Positions 28,760 to 44,979 of a stretch of 64,000 bases of DNA are shown in pieces (position 1 is the stretch's first letter; each line of letters begins with the position of its first letter). This DNA comes from Eledone cirrhosa. Its lineage: Eukaryota. Below the pieces are notes generated by a model, which ran no database searches, was not told the origin of the DNA, and was given only the letters and a program-made list of their open reading frames with translations. Location: positions 310,434,001 to 310,498,000 of the forward strand of contig OZ024742.1 of assembly GCA_964016885.1 (NCBI GenBank). The letters run 5' to 3'. Both the position numbers and the translations under genes were made by a program.

Positions 28760-30357
28760 GGAGGTGGTGCAATGGAAGGAACAGTGCTGGATTAAATGGT
28801 TTGGAGTATTCAGTAGCAAATCTTTCTGTTTTGTGTTCCAGTCATGTAGACTTTGCCCTTCATTCTTCGCGTTTAACTATACGTAGCGACAAATACTGTG
28901 TTCGACTAATTTGACAGTGCTATCCTTTAACACATGTAGACTGGAGCCACAAATAACACATTTTCAATATCATTATTGTTTTTGCTGGGGGAATTGGATC
29001 AGTAGAGCGTTGGAGAAATGTTTTGCTGTATTTATTCCCAGCTCTTTAATTCTGAGTGCAAATGCCACCGAGTTTAACTTCGCTCTTCATCCTTCAAGAG
29101 TTGATAAAATATAGTACTAGTCAAGTACTGGGCTGATATAATTGAAGCAGGAAGCAGGATATAATTGACATACCTGTGGACAAAAAAGAAAAGAAATATT
29201 GCTTCTCGACAAAGGAGCGAAACTTCAAGCGGAAACAAAGATGTAGAAACGGTCGCTGAGAGTAAGCTGAAGTGACACGAATTGGATCACTAGAGCCAGA
29301 CACTATAAGAGTATGCAGGTCAAATTCATCTCAGAGTCCCTTTCGAAGAAGCACACTACTATATTTTCGCCCATATATTTTGGTAAGAATCATAATAAAT
29401 GACATCGCGCCAGACCTAAACATTTGATGGCAAAAATCCATCGTCCAGGAAGTAGGGAGCACGCTGCTGAACACGAATAAGAAGAAACAACAGAATTAGT
29501 CCGATACACTGACCCAAATAAACCCAGAAGACACTGAAAAATACCAGATAGGATAGAACTTCCGAACGGAATACGATTGAATCGTAGAATGTCCAGATAT
29601 CATATATGTGGTAGACATGATTGCCGTTTTTTAATTAGAAGCCTTAACTGTGAAGATTGCGAGGCGTAAGCACGTCCAGATATTCCCCTGTATAGAGATT
29701 ATTGTTCTATCTGTATTTGACATCATAGAAATTAGACTGACCCTATCAGATAATTGCTATCTTCTGTAAGACATAGGTGTAGTTATTCCGTTATGAGGAC
29801 GCTATGACGCCTGAAATGCTTCCAATTTTTAAAAAAATGCTAGTACTATAAGTTTAACTAAACCTTCAATTATATCTCCTGTCGATGTTGGTGTTAATCC
29901 CAAATATTTAACATTGGCGTAAAAACATAGAGTGCTGAAACAAGTACCACCTCTTGGAATTAGTAATAGTCACCAACTAGTAAAACATATATGATATTTG
30001 TGTGTACAAAAAGAAAAATCCTCTCTTCAGATATTGGCTAGAAAAATAAATCCCAAGAGATAAATGATCTTTAAAGATTCCTGCAGTTTAAAGATTCCTG
30101 CAGATGTTACTTAGCAAAAGCGAATCTGAAATTTCAAGGATTTTATGTTTTTATACGCACACGATGATGTTGACAAGTTCTCCTTTTCGGGTAGTATTTT
30201 CGATGTTCAGAGATTGGGATTGGTCGAGTTCAAGGCCTTTCCCCATTTAAAAAAAACATTCAAAGCACAAGCATTGCTTGTCCAGGATCTATTACAAGCG
30301 TTTGCAATACTTTTAGCATAGTTTGCAGCCATCATATATATATATATATATATATAT

Positions 30358-30766
30358 GATGGCTGCTCTATATAACCACCTTTGTTTAGCTCTACGTTTT
30401 TTGCTTTGGACTATATTTGTAATATGGTTCTTAATGTTATATACATCCTTAGTGATTTTTATTATATATTTTTATTATTTTTATTATATATTTTTGCAAT
30501 ACTTTAGTGTATGTACACTCCATATTCTTCGGAGCTTCCGGCTTGTATCTGCCGATATTACTTCTTGTTGTTTTAATTGCCCTGATGAGTCCTTAACAGG
30601 ACGAAACATTGTCGGCTAATAAAGACTTTTGATGTATTGAAGGCTTCTTTGTTTTACTCTCTTAATTTTTCGGCTCTGTTTAACTACATTGAGCTATACC
30701 TTTTACTGTCATTTCTATAATACGAAGAGGGTGTTTAACTCCAACACGCACCAGTATTTTAACCCT

Positions 30767-30770
<4 letters not shown>
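30358..30770 (+). mobile_element. Solo pLTR-like element in (TA)n
   Basis: (TA)n on both sides; contains a canonical hammerhead followed by AATAAA. Confidence 0.7.
30579..30616 (+). ncRNA. Canonical minimal type I hammerhead
   Basis: gcc-CTGATGA-gtcc-ttaaca-ggac-GAAAC-att-GTC-ggc. Confidence 0.9.
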
Positions 30771-30841
<71 letters not shown>

Positions 30842-31135
30842 ATACTTGGGGAGGGTCATATTTGTGTAATATTGCCAGAATTAATAACAGAACACACTCA
30901 CTGTTTGGTTGGTTTTCGCTTCTCGCTTCTGTGTCTTTTATATCGGTAATCTAACTTACTCGGTCCTCAATGTTGCCATTGACTGACCGGCGGTCAAAAA
31001 TAATACAGATACAATATAGACACAAACACATATATATAGTTTATCATAAATCTTTCGTTGCACATCTGCAACATCGTCAGTGGTGCTATATTTTCCTCTT
31101 GTTGTATTGTATGTCTACGCCATTTTTATTCAGTC

Positions 31136-32262
<1,127 letters not shown>

Positions 32263-32479
32263 CTATATATATATATATATATAGGAACGAGTAGGACCCC
32301 GACGGCTGAGCTCAACCCGTTTCGACGGCTAATTCTGGACTAAGTCCAGAATTAGCTGTCGAAACGGCTTGAGCTCAGCCGTCGGGGTCCTACTCGTTCC
32401 TATTACCCACTCTACTACCCTAAGTATTGAGTACTTTGGTGCGTTATGGTCCATCTGGTTCCTTACCACATTTCCTTCG

Positions 32480-32504
<25 letters not shown>

Positions 32505-32513
<9 letters not shown>

Positions 32514-33142
32514 ATATATATATAATGTATTTTGCAATACACTTTATGCTTAATTAAAAGCATTTTAAAGACCGTAAGCTATTGTTTTAAAGTAGTGACA
32601 AATTCACTTACTTTGATCTCAGCAAACAGGGGAGATAAGCCGACAAGTCTTGTTTCGCTTTGGTTGAAGCTTATCAAGGTCAACTACCTCTCCTGTCTAC
32701 TGAGATCACTAATGTTATATTCTTATAGACATCTAGTAAATAATCAGGAGCTGATTATGCAGAGCGGTTGTTGGTCAGGCAGAAATTAAAAATTAGAATA
32801 TATATTGCTATTTCAGAGCTCCAATTCTAATTTTTAATTTCTGCCTGACCAACAACCGCTCTGCATAATCAGCTCCTGATTATTTACTAGATTTCTATAA
32901 GAATATAACATCAGTGATCTCAGTAGACAGGAGGGGTAGTTGGCCTTGATAAGCTTCAACCACAGCGAAACAAGACTTGTCGGCTTATCTCCCCTGTTTG
33001 CTGAGATCAAAGTAAGTGAATTTGTCACTACTTTAAAACAATAGCTTACGGTCTTCAAAATGCTTTTAATTAAGCATAAAGTGTATTGCAAAATACATTA
33101 TATATACATCCATATATATATATTGCTATTTCAGAGCTCCAA

Positions 33143-33150
<8 letters not shown>
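32505..33150. mobile_element. Family B long foldback
   Basis: ~280 bp arms; the mirror-image ORFs 32532-32789(+) and 32834-33091(-) reflect the inversion. Confidence 0.9.
32942..32985 (+). ncRNA. Hammerhead with U3-A8 core (family B)
   Basis: ggcc-TTGATAA-gct/agc-GAAAC-aagactt-GTC-ggct; mirror copy at 32638-32681(-); homolog at 43833-43877. Confidence 0.75.
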
Positions 33151-33231
<81 letters not shown>

Positions 33232-33503
33232 TTATATGTGTGTGTCTCTGTGTGTATAAGCGGCGAATTGGCAGAATCTTTAGAACATCGGATAGAATGC
33301 TTTATGGCAATCGTTCCTGCTCTCTGAGCTCTGAGTTCAAATCCCAACGAGATCCACTCTGCCTTTTGAGGTCGATGAAAAAATACCAGTCTAGTACTGT
33401 GGTCGATTATCTCTCTTTGAAAGAAATCTGCTGTATTCAAGGATGGGCTCCGTCAGGCTTATCTCAATATGGCACTCCTACAACTCTATCAAGAGTTACG
33501 GGA

Positions 33504-33566
<63 letters not shown>

Positions 33567-34219
33567 CACGCATACGTATGTATGTGTATAAGTATGTGTG
33601 TGAATTTGTGTGTTTATGTGCGTGTACATATATGTAAATGTGTGTGCTACATTGTATAATATATATACTTTTTAATTATAGTTGCCAACATGTGTGTTGA
33701 CATTGCTTTGTTTCAATGCAGCATCAATTTATATCATATGGTCAGCGATACACGTAGATATTCCATGAGATAACCTTTGGTAAATATTACATACTTCATT
33801 TATGTGGTACATTTGATGTCCATATTTTCCGTTTCAATTTTATAGACATGAATTCATAGCACCGGCTATCAGTTAATGATTGATTATTATTTATCAATTT
33901 CTTTCAAATGAATATCACATTCAAATAACAAAACACAAGATATACGTTACACAATACGATATTGACGCGGTGATTTATGAAAATGTTTAGAGTGTCGAAT
34001 TTGTTCCGGCTGTCTGCATTCAGATTTCAAATTCTGCCCAGGCTAATTTTGCTTTTCACACTTTTGTGTCGATAAATGGAGTATCAACTAAATACTCAGG
34101 TCAATTTCTCCCCTCCCCCACTCCTCCTCTTTCTGAATCAGCAACGCATTCTCAGTGATTAAATATTTCACTTTTATTAAAATTGTACGGCATATTTTCC
34201 CAAGTAAAATTGATGGATA

Positions 34220-34435
34220 CAGGGTGGGCCAGAATTCATAACACGCTTGCTAGTTATATTTCTTAACATGCTTATTTTATTGTTATTGTATTGTTTTAAT
34301 TTATTATTTTATTTCTTAATATGCTTCGCAAGTTTCTTAATTTATATTCCATTATATTTCTTAACTTGTTTTATAACATTTTGTGTTACTAGATCTATAA
34401 CTAATCAAGTGAGTCAAGAATTCTGGCCACCCCTG
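34220..34435. mobile_element. Tc1/mariner-like MITE
   Basis: TIRs cagggtgggccagaattc / gaattctggccacccctg with TA on both sides. Confidence 0.8.
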
Positions 34436-34949
34436 TACAATTCCATTGTGTGTTAACAGTGATTTGTTTCAACTCAGAAACAATTTATATAATATAGTAC
34501 CCTTCACACCCAGATATATTGTGAGGTACCTTTTGGTAAATATTACATACTTCGTTTACGCGGATTCGTGAAGCCCATAGTTTCTGTAGAGTTCACATAG
34601 ACATGCATCCATACCCCTGGCAACATGGTAATCTATCTATAGAACGTAACATGAATTTAGCTTCACCAGTAGAGAGCCCTGCAATTATTTTCACTTTGTT
34701 TCTGAGACAGTTGTAAATCCTAATCCATTTAAAGTCGATAAAAAGTATCAGTATAATACTGAAGTCAATTCTTCCACTGTATCACATTTTCATTTACTTT
34801 CCTCAAGCTCTATCCTTCTCTTGAACATAGAGATGCAATAAAAGGAATCTAATTAGCTTCATGATGTTAGAAAAGAAATAAATGTTTCAATATATCGGAC
34901 GTTGGTGTTTCATCGAGAAAGAGCAAATTTCAGAGAAAGAGAAAGCTGG

Positions 34950-35019
<70 letters not shown>

Positions 35020-35463
35020 GTATATATATATATGTGTGTGTGTGTGTGCGTATGTGCTTGAATGCCTGAGTTTATGTAAGTTTGTATTTACATCAGAAAA
35101 TAATGCGACTGGGCACAAGACATTTTATGACTGTTTTTTTACAACATTAGCCGTCACATATTAAGTTTCTATATTTAAATCCCAACTGTGTAACAAAATA
35201 AACACTACTAAGGTATTAGATTCGATTCGATTAACTATATCCTTCTGACCTTACACAAATTAGCAAGGTGCCTAGACAAAATAATTTTTTTCCTTTTCTC
35301 ACGTACACAAAAATATAACGTTAGTTCTTACACCATGACGTGTGTACGCGTCAGTATTTATTTGCTCGCGTTTGTATAAGTAAAATAAAACTCATTATAA
35401 TCATATATACATAACACTTCGGTGTTATTATTTATAATATATAGTGATAGATTATGTTTTACC

Positions 35464-35574
<111 letters not shown>

Positions 35575-35613
35575 ACACACACACACATTACACACCAGCA
35601 GATAGAGTCATAC

Positions 35614-35659
<46 letters not shown>

Positions 35660-35860
35660 ATATATATATATATATATACATATATATTTATATAAATATG
35701 TATGTATGTATATATATCTTATTATATATATACATATATCTTTATGTATATATATATAAATACATACACACACACGTATATATATGTATATATATATATA
35801 CTTATATATATGTATATATGTATATATATATACATATATATATGTCTGTGTGTGTGTATG

Positions 35861-35942
<82 letters not shown>

Positions 35943-36464
35943 TGTACATATATAATTGGTGTTTAAATAAAATAAAATATTAAAAATAATAAAATGAAAT
36001 AGTGAAATTTACCATGAATCTTTGTTAACATTGAAGCCATTTTGGGACAAATAAGTATAACGTTACGACCGAGACCCCCATTGCTGTATTTGGTGGTAAA
36101 ACAATCGTCAAGGCCAATTGTGAATTCAATAGACCGATCTCAAAACTCAATATGTATGAATATGCATAGACTCACATACACATACGCATACATACGCACA
36201 CAAAATATACATGTGTGTGGTGTATATATATATATATGTGTATATATATATATATATATTAATATATATATATATATACATACAGATATATACATATAGA
36301 TATATGTATACACACACACATATATATGTATATGTATATATATAATTTGTTAACGATTAAGAATTTATTAAATTCATGTATTATATATTTAACTAATCTT
36401 TTCACAAATACGAAGTGATATATTTACAAGGTGGTATATTTTAACCCAAACCATATTTTAATTG

Positions 36465-36507
<43 letters not shown>

Positions 36508-36621
36508 GCGAGAGAGAAAGAAAGAGAGAGATAGTGACATTTATAACGTATTATTAACTTTAGCCTACAATCACACATAAACACACTTATATATACCTAC
36601 ATATTAATACAGAGATACACA

Positions 36622-36663
<42 letters not shown>

Positions 36664-36789
36664 GGGAGAGAGCGAGAGAAAGAGAGAGCGATAGAGAGAG
36701 TGAGAGAGAGAAATAGCTATACATCACGGTGGAATTAGTATTTTCGCCGTAATTGTTTTACTACAGAATATCTTCTGATAATAACAGAA

Positions 36790-37200
36790 TGTATATGTCA
36801 TAACAAGTAGTTATTATTTTTGGAGACATATCCTGGTGTAGGGGTTTTATCAGCAATTTCTTAGATGAATTTGTCCAGGGATATTTTGAATTTTATGGTA
36901 TCTGTTTCTGCTCTGATGTCTTTTGGTATGATTTTAAAGAGAGCGTGACCAGATGAAATGAAATATTTGTGCCACAATGTTGTTATGGGATGTGTTTGAT
37001 TTTTGTAGTGGGCGGAATGCACGGTGACCAAACCTGAGGTGGATTTTAAAGGCGAATCCAACATCATTTGGGCAATGCTGATAGAATAGTTTCCACATCA
37101 TACAGATGACGTACCGCTCACGGCGATGTTGTAGAGAGGGAGTAGATATTGAGTTTTTCTAGTCGGTCCCAATAATTTAGCTTTTTGCAATTGACTGCTG
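36790..37200 (-). mobile_element. CR1-like LINE 3' fragment
   Basis: YWDRLEKLNIY..LQHRRERY and LFKIIPKDIR..KFKISLDKFI, typical of the CR1 ORF2 C-terminus. Confidence 0.75.
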
Positions 37201-38114
37201 AGGTGCCTCAATTTTCATAGTACTAATTAGTGAACTAATTTCATAAATTTAGATGACTTTAAGTATGATATCCAAAAATCAAGGTATGAATATTTAGCCA
37301 CTCTCGAATTAACATAGAATCAATTTCAAAATTAAAAACATAATTAAATATTACGTACAAATAAAAGGCAGAGTTAATAACTCATATTATACCCTGTAAT
37401 TAACAAGCTCAAAGTATAAATACTGAGCATTATATAATAATATATGTAGTAATAAACACAGTAAATCGTGTGTCTAAAATTACGAGGGTTGAAATACCAC
37501 GTTGGTTTGACAAATTTAACCTGAAGCAAACGGAAATACAGAAAATATACTGACCGTCTCAATAACTATTACATCTCTCGGACAGATTAGAAATTTAATT
37601 TGTTTCGCTCTGAGAATTGTGTTTGTAATAGATAATAATTCTCAGTTTATGTCTATCATCTCACCCTTTATATATGATTATTGCTAAAGATTACTGCAAT
37701 GGTTCTATCATCTTTCTTCAACCTGAAGTGAAATTTCAATTAATATTTTCTTCATACATCATTCCATTTATTACCCTATAAATTATTTACTGAATTTTGT
37801 GCCCTTTTCTCACTTTATCTATAATTATGCTAATTTCACCTAGCCTAAATTCTTCGGAACTACCTCTTTCTTTCTCTCTCGCTTTCGCTCTCTTTCTCCG
37901 AAAATATTTGTTAATAGATTAAATGAAGCTTGAAGAGACTATGTTGAGGAGATCTAATGAGAACAAAGCATGTCCATTTTTTCCCCAGGTCTGCAAACAC
38001 AAATAGGAGTTCTCCTAATTAAAAACACACATCAGATTTTTCCACGTAAATAAATTTTGTGCAATTAATTTTAAATTACCTAGATTTAATTACCATTTAT
38101 TATTAGAGCCGTTT

Positions 38115-38335
38115 AGGGCGGTGGATTGGCAGTATCGGTAGAGGGTCAGACGCCATGCTTTGCGGGGTAGAGTTACGGCTCTTTATGATCTGAGTTCAAA
38201 TCTCGTCGAGGTTAACTTTGCCTTTCGTCCTTACGGAGTTGATAAAGTAAAGTACCAGTCACGCACTTGCGTTGATTTCATCGACACCCTACTCTCCCAA
38301 AATTGATGGCCTTGTGCCAAAAGTAGAGACAATTG
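38115..38335 (+). mobile_element. Full-length Meta-type SINE, long subfamily
   Basis: Complete head, core and 3' end; TSD-like ttagagcygttta at 38103-38115 and 38336-38348. Confidence 0.85.
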
Positions 38336-38539
38336 TTAGAGCTGTTTACAATTATAACTAATTTTTTTTATTATTTTCATTCAATCAAATTTCGATTGAT
38401 GCAAATTTTGGCATACAAGTCAAAGTTGTATACAATTCTATGTTAAGATTCTCACCCAGAATTGTGTATTAGGAATTTACCGACTGTATAGGTCCTGCTG
38501 CAAACATACGATAGTGTCTAAATAAGCTTGGAATAAGGA

Positions 38540-38987
38540 TTTCTATTATAGACACAAGGCCAGTAATTTGTGGGGAGGGAAAAGTGGATCAAATCGACCC
38601 CAGTGCATTACTGGTGTTTATTTTATCGACTCTGGAAGGATGAAAGACAAAGCTAACCTCGGCGAAATTTGAGTTCAGAACGTAAAGGGTCGTAACCCTA
38701 TGCCATATAGCATGTTGTCCGACGCAATACCAATACTGCCAATCCACCGCCAATGACCATTCTGAGGATGTTTTGACAGATGACTATAATATGCAGACCG
38801 TAAATTATAGTAAAATACGAACGATAATATACCTTGTATATAATACTTAACTAAGTCGCATACACTAACTGAGTTCAAATCCCGCCGAGGTTAACTTTGC
38901 CTTTCATCCTTATAGGGTCGATAAAATAAAGTACCAGTAATTACTGGGTAATTGCTGGCCTTGTGCCTAAAGTAGAAACAATTATTG
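38540..38987. mobile_element. Two Meta-type SINE copies in opposite orientation
   Basis: Minus copy 38540-38752, plus copy 38868-38987. Confidence 0.8.
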
Positions 38988-39395
38988 CAGTCAGTTATGG
39001 TAGTCAGTTCCTTAATCTATTAAATACTCTTGTCAGCGTAAAGCATTTAATTAAATTATTTATGTTAACTTGGTGGAGTTAACATCCCAAGTAAACATAT
39101 TTTTAAGAGCCCCAATCCACTTGGGTACCATTCGGCAGTAAAGAATTATATACATCGGCTGTTAGATTTCAAAATATACTCAAAGATTTAAAAATGTATA
39201 CCGCAATTTATGAAGGATCAAATGTTTTCCTCTCTGAGCCGAAGGACTCATCACTTAGCTGATGTCGTCCACATATCTGTTATATGACATTTAATTCGTA
39301 GCCAGGAATGAAAATAAATGCATGCATAGGCGAATGGTGGTTTTCCACACAATATCCTGCCCAATTTTAAGTATCGGGGACAGGCAAACGAATAG

Positions 39396-39453
<58 letters not shown>

Positions 39454-39553
39454 ATATATATATATATATACAAATATATATTTGTGTGTGTATATACATA
39501 TATGTTTATACAGACACACACACGCATACACACACACACACACACACACATAA

Positions 39554-39587
<34 letters not shown>

Positions 39588-39590
<3 letters not shown>

Positions 39591-40042
39591 CAAGAAGTTT
39601 AAGTCAACAGGTTAAAATTAGCTTCGTTTATTCATGTTCGCTGCTATATATATTTCAGTGATAGCCATTATTTAACAGCTTGAACTGAAAAAACAGGAAA
39701 ACATAATGTTGTAATTGATTTTACTTTGTTAATCCACATTAAAACCACACGCTGGATCTGAGCATATCAATGAAATAACAAGGTAAAATCTATTACAACA
39801 TTATGGTTTCCTGTTTTACTTTTTCAAGTTCTTACTGCCTGATGTGGTCATAGCTGTTGAAATAATGGCGATCACTGAAATATATATAGCAGCGAATATA
39901 AATAAACGAAGCTAATTCTAACCTGTTGACTTACACTTCTTGTTTCTACATTACTCCGGAGTAAACAGACCAAACTGCGCACTTCGTTGAGTGTTCCAGC
40001 CTGTATACTGAAGTGTCGGTACAACCAACACATACTCAAAAT
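39588..40042. mobile_element. Family L foldback with degenerate hammerhead
   Basis: Arms 39588-39681 / 39851-39945, then tail; CTGATGT..GAAAT at ~39839-39863. Confidence 0.7.
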
Positions 40043-40967
40043 TATATATATATATATTTGAAAAGGGAGTAAGATTCTATACAAAATAGAGGTTATAGAG
40101 AAAATGGGGAATTGGAGACAGCGCGGAAAATATATTTAAAGAATCTGTTTCACTTTTCTTCTTCTTTGATCCGTCAAAGTGACATTATTGAAAAAAACGG
40201 AGGAACATTAAAAAAAAAAGGTTTTAGAATGTATATAAAATATATAAATTATATTTTATATACATTACGAGAGCATGGAGGAGTGGCGGAGAAGGATGGG
40301 GAAGTGTCTTAGACTAGAAGGGGATTATTTCGAAGTGGAAAACTTGCAGTTTGTAGTTTGCATATGAAATATTTTTTGTGAACCCTGCCATGTTTCTTTT
40401 CTGACACCCTTCGTAAATATATATATATATATATATAGAAAAGATGAATATAAAATAAAAGTGCTTTTTTTAAAAAGGAATTTATGAGGTATTGACATAT
40501 GTTTCTGTAACAGACGGAATACCTATGTATCGCTGCTTGCGTAATCATATAGTGTTAGCAAGTATTCGATAGCAAATGTATAATCAGTTGTCACTTCTTC
40601 AGAGATTTTGGATAAATTGGATAAAATCAGAAAAATTGAAGTATTTATATTAGTAATAGAGGAAGAAGAGAGGGGATAGTATATGACAGATATATATATA
40701 TACGAAGTGTGTCAGAAAAGAAATAAGGCTGTTTTCAAAGTCAAGCACTTGCAAGAGGGGAAGAGAACGTCCTGACGAAGACCAGTCAAATTCGTTAGCT
40801 TCGGCTTTCTAAATGTTTTTCTCATTTACTCTTTTACCTCTCCCAGCCATCCGACTGAGGCCATTCTGGGGTACCGCCCTTATTTATAAACATACCTTAT
40901 TTCTTTAGAAAAACGAAATCCAAATACAAATTGTATACAGCTATGTTCGATGCTAAATTCTAATTCA

Positions 40968-41068
<101 letters not shown>

Positions 41069-41123
41069 ATATATATATATATAATGTAATATATAATTAA
41101 ATATATATATATATATATATATA

Positions 41124-41466
41124 TAAAGAAAAAGAGATGAAATCGAAAATGCAACTGGAGTCTTATTTTTTTTTTAAATATAAATATTTATTTGGTTCCT
41201 TTACCGGTTTCGCAGTTCTGCTTTTCAAAAGGTGAGTTGAGATGGAGGGTCTGTGGTTTTTCTCACATGTGAGTTACGAACATTTGTTTTTTCTTTTACA
41301 TGTCTTTTAGATTTAGTTCATATTGAGAAAAACCACAGACCCTCCATCTCAACTCACCTTTTGAAAAGCAGAAAAGCTGCGAAACCGGTAAAGGAACCAA
41401 ATAAATATATATATTTAAAAAAAAAATAAGACTCCAGTTGCATTTTCGATTTCATCTCTTTTTCTT
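41124..41466. mobile_element. Family M foldback
   Basis: Arms ~41124-41265 / 41323-41466 in (TA)n. Confidence 0.85.
41357..41394 (+). ncRNA. Hammerhead with U3-A8 core (family M)
   Basis: cctt-TTGAAAA-gcag/ctgc-GAAAC-cg-GTA-aagg; mirror copy at 41198-41232(-). Confidence 0.7.
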
Positions 41467-41808
41467 ATATATTTATATATATTTATATATATATTTATTA
41501 AAAAACAGATTAAAGTTTAAGCAAAGAATCGGTGCTTTCACCTTTAAGGCGATCTTCTGAAACTAACTAATAAATATTTGCTCTACGGTTCTTATATATT
41601 TGATATATATTTATCCTTATCGAGCCCTCTTTGGATTTTAGTCTTCAAATTTATTATTATTACTATATATAATATATATATATATATATATTATATAACC
41701 TATAATATACAGATTAAAGTTTAAGCAAAGAATCGCTGCTTTCACCCTTAACAGGATCTTATCCTTATCGAGCCCTCTTTGGATTTTGGTCTTCACATTT
41801 ATTATTAT

Positions 41809-41894
<86 letters not shown>

Positions 41895-42455
41895 CAATAT
41901 ATATATATATACATATATATATAGAGAGACAGAGAGAGAGTGTGTGATTTATATGTCTGTGCATGTGCATGCATGTATGTATGTGTATATGTATGTTTGT
42001 ATGTATATATGTATGTATATATGTATATATATGTATATATGTATATATGTATGTATATATGTATGTATATCGAAGGGGAAAAAAACATATATAGCAGGCA
42101 AATAAAAATGTGATAGAAAGTGAGAAAGTGCGTGGAGTTAATGAAAGGGAATTTCAAAGAGAATATCTGGCTCTTTTATATTAATGTAACGGAATCTGAG
42201 ATAGTAAGGTGATATGTGTTTTTATTTTATCCATTTAGCTGATGTTGGGCTTTGCAGAGATATTGAAAACTTATCTTATGTTTCATTTTATAGGCTTAGA
42301 TTGGCTTTGTATAATTAATATGAACTAAATCTAAAAGACATGTAAAAGAAAAAAACAAATGTTCGTAACTCACATAAAAATATAGAGGAATTTTATGTCA
42401 TGCACTTACACCTTCCTTTTACAGGGTGGTATGTTACCAAACCATATTTTAATTG

Positions 42456-42583
<128 letters not shown>

Positions 42584-42635
42584 GTATATATATATGTATA
42601 TATATATGTATATATATATATTATATTATATATTG

Positions 42636-42737
<102 letters not shown>

Positions 42738-42780
42738 GTATATATATGTATATATATATATATGTATATATATGTATATA

Positions 42781-43127
42781 TGGAGGCACATGGCTTAGTG
42801 GTTAGAGCATTGGCCTTGCAATCGAAAGGTTGTGAGTTCAATTCTCAGACCGGGTGATGTGTTGTTTCCTTGAGCAAGACACTTTATTTCACATTGCTCC
42901 AGTTTACTCAGCTGTAGAAATGAGATGATAGGGACTGGGGTCCCTATCATTCCACTGCAAAGTGGTCGTGGAGGTGCCACGGCAAAAAAGCACCCTGCAC
43001 TCACTGTAAATGAGGTTGGTGTTAGGAAGGGCATCCAGCTGTAGAAATCAAGCCAGAATCAGTTCCCGTCCCACCCTTGCAAGCAGGGAAAAGTGGACGT
43101 AAAATGAGATGATGATGAGACGATGAT
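42781..43127 (+). mobile_element. tRNA-derived CORE-type SINE with (GAT)n tail
   Basis: A-box tggcttagtgg, B-box gagttcaattc, 'ccttgagcaagacacttt' core, gatgat end. Confidence 0.8.
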
Positions 43128-43739
43128 ATATGTATATATATGTATATATATATGTATATATATATACTCTCTCTCTGTCTCTCTCTCTCTATATATATGT
43201 ATATATATATATATTATATTATATATTGTATTATATATTGTATTATATATATATATATATATTTAAAAAAATTAGAGGTGTGACACACGAGTTGTGATAT
43301 ATTAGTAAAAAGGAAAAGAAAATGCTGACAAATTTTTCCCAGTGAAAAATAGTTTAATTAGGAATAAGTATAAATTAGTAATAAGTATTAGTTCGTATTC
43401 AGTTTTGAGATAGAGTGATCGTGATTTTTGCTCTAATCTGATCAGTTTGGGAAATTCTTCCTGTTTTATGTGAAAAAAGTGGCTTAGGGGGCATTAAGAT
43501 TTGGTTGGTTGTTGAATGTCAAGTGAATAAGCACTATAAATTTCGCGCCAATTCGTGTTGCAAAAATTCTTGTAGTCCAAAACATTTTTGATTGGTCGGT
43601 AGAAGTCACGTGAATGTTTAAATTGATTTTAGCGCGAGCTGGTTTCGCGCCAAATGTAGGTTTGTCGAAGAGTGTCCTTTTACGGTTGATTGGGTTGCAG
43701 TCATGTTGAGAGGTGAACAGTTCAGGTGTCTATTGTATT

Positions 43740-44041
43740 AAGACAACCGCTCTGTATAATCAGTTCCTGATTATTACTGGAATTCTTTAAGAATCGAAAA
43801 TTCATAATTTTCAGCAAACAGGCGGAGTAGTTAGCTTTGATACGTACCAAAAAGTACGAAACAGAGCTCTGTCAGCTTTATCTCCCTTGTTTGCGAAAAA
43901 TTGAAGTAAGTGAGACTGTCAATACTCTAAAACAATAGCGTAAGGTCTTCGAAATGCTTTTAATTAAGCATACAGTGTATTGCAAAATACACTATATATA
44001 CATTCATATATATATCGGTATTTCAGAGCACCAATTCTAAT
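43740..44041 (+). mobile_element. Diverged family B copy
   Basis: Colinear with 32850-33150, including hammerhead region and tail. Confidence 0.8.
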
Positions 44042-44082
44042 ATATATATATATATATATGTAATCTGAGTTTTTCGAATATT

Positions 44083-44270
44083 AATAATTGTTTCTACGTT
44101 TGGCACAAGGCCAGAAATTACCCAGAGCATTACTGGTACTTTATTTTATCGACCCCGTAAGGATGAAAGGCAAAGTTAACCTCGGCGGGATTTGAATTCA
44201 GAATGGCAAGGGCCGTAACTCTATACGTCAAAGCATAGCGTCCGACCCTCTACCGATACTGCCAATCCAC
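44083..44270 (-). mobile_element. Meta-type SINE, short subfamily
   Basis: Reverse complement of the shared SINE sequence. Confidence 0.85.
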
Positions 44271-44979
44271 GATTCGTGTGAGTGTGTGTTATGTTCATGG
44301 TCTCTATGGTGAAGCAAATTCAGAGATGATTCGACAGCTAAAGTGGAAGGATATTCTGTATACAGCAGGAGTTATGTAGGCAATGATAACGTTAGCAACA
44401 CACACCATCACATCCACATGTACAGCTGTTACATCAATATTGACATTTAGTCTTCAATAAACACTGTGTAATATATCTTCAAGTGTATGTAGTAAGAATA
44501 TGATTGTGCGCAGTTGTAAATACAAAAGCGAAATTTTGTTTTTTTTATGATGAAATTACGCAGTACATATATCTTGCATTTCAGCAAACTTCACATCGTT
44601 CAAGAAGCAATATAGAAGTTGTTGTAATGGAAAATGGATGATACATCATATACTATGATCTACCATTACTTATTGAACATCAGTCAGTTTAGCTCCAAGA
44701 AAAGGCTAAAATGAAAACATTTTAAAATGTATGAAACAGAAAGACGCCTATTATAACATTTCAGAATAAATGAAACTGATTAAATTGGTTAAACTTATTC
44801 ACGATTTCATTGCAGAGAGAAAACAAATGTAGAAGCTTGCAGTAGTGCATTGCATGATATTTTGTAAAACTTCATTATTTAGGGTTTACAATATCAGGAC
44901 TATCTCCAGCATATGGTCCTCGGAAGGAAGGTATGTGTAAATTCCAAATTCCCTATCTTCAATTAAGTATTATCTATGG

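Noticed and set aside
32532-33091. Two near-identical 85 aa ORFs on opposite strands
   Set aside because: By-product of the foldback; no protein motif
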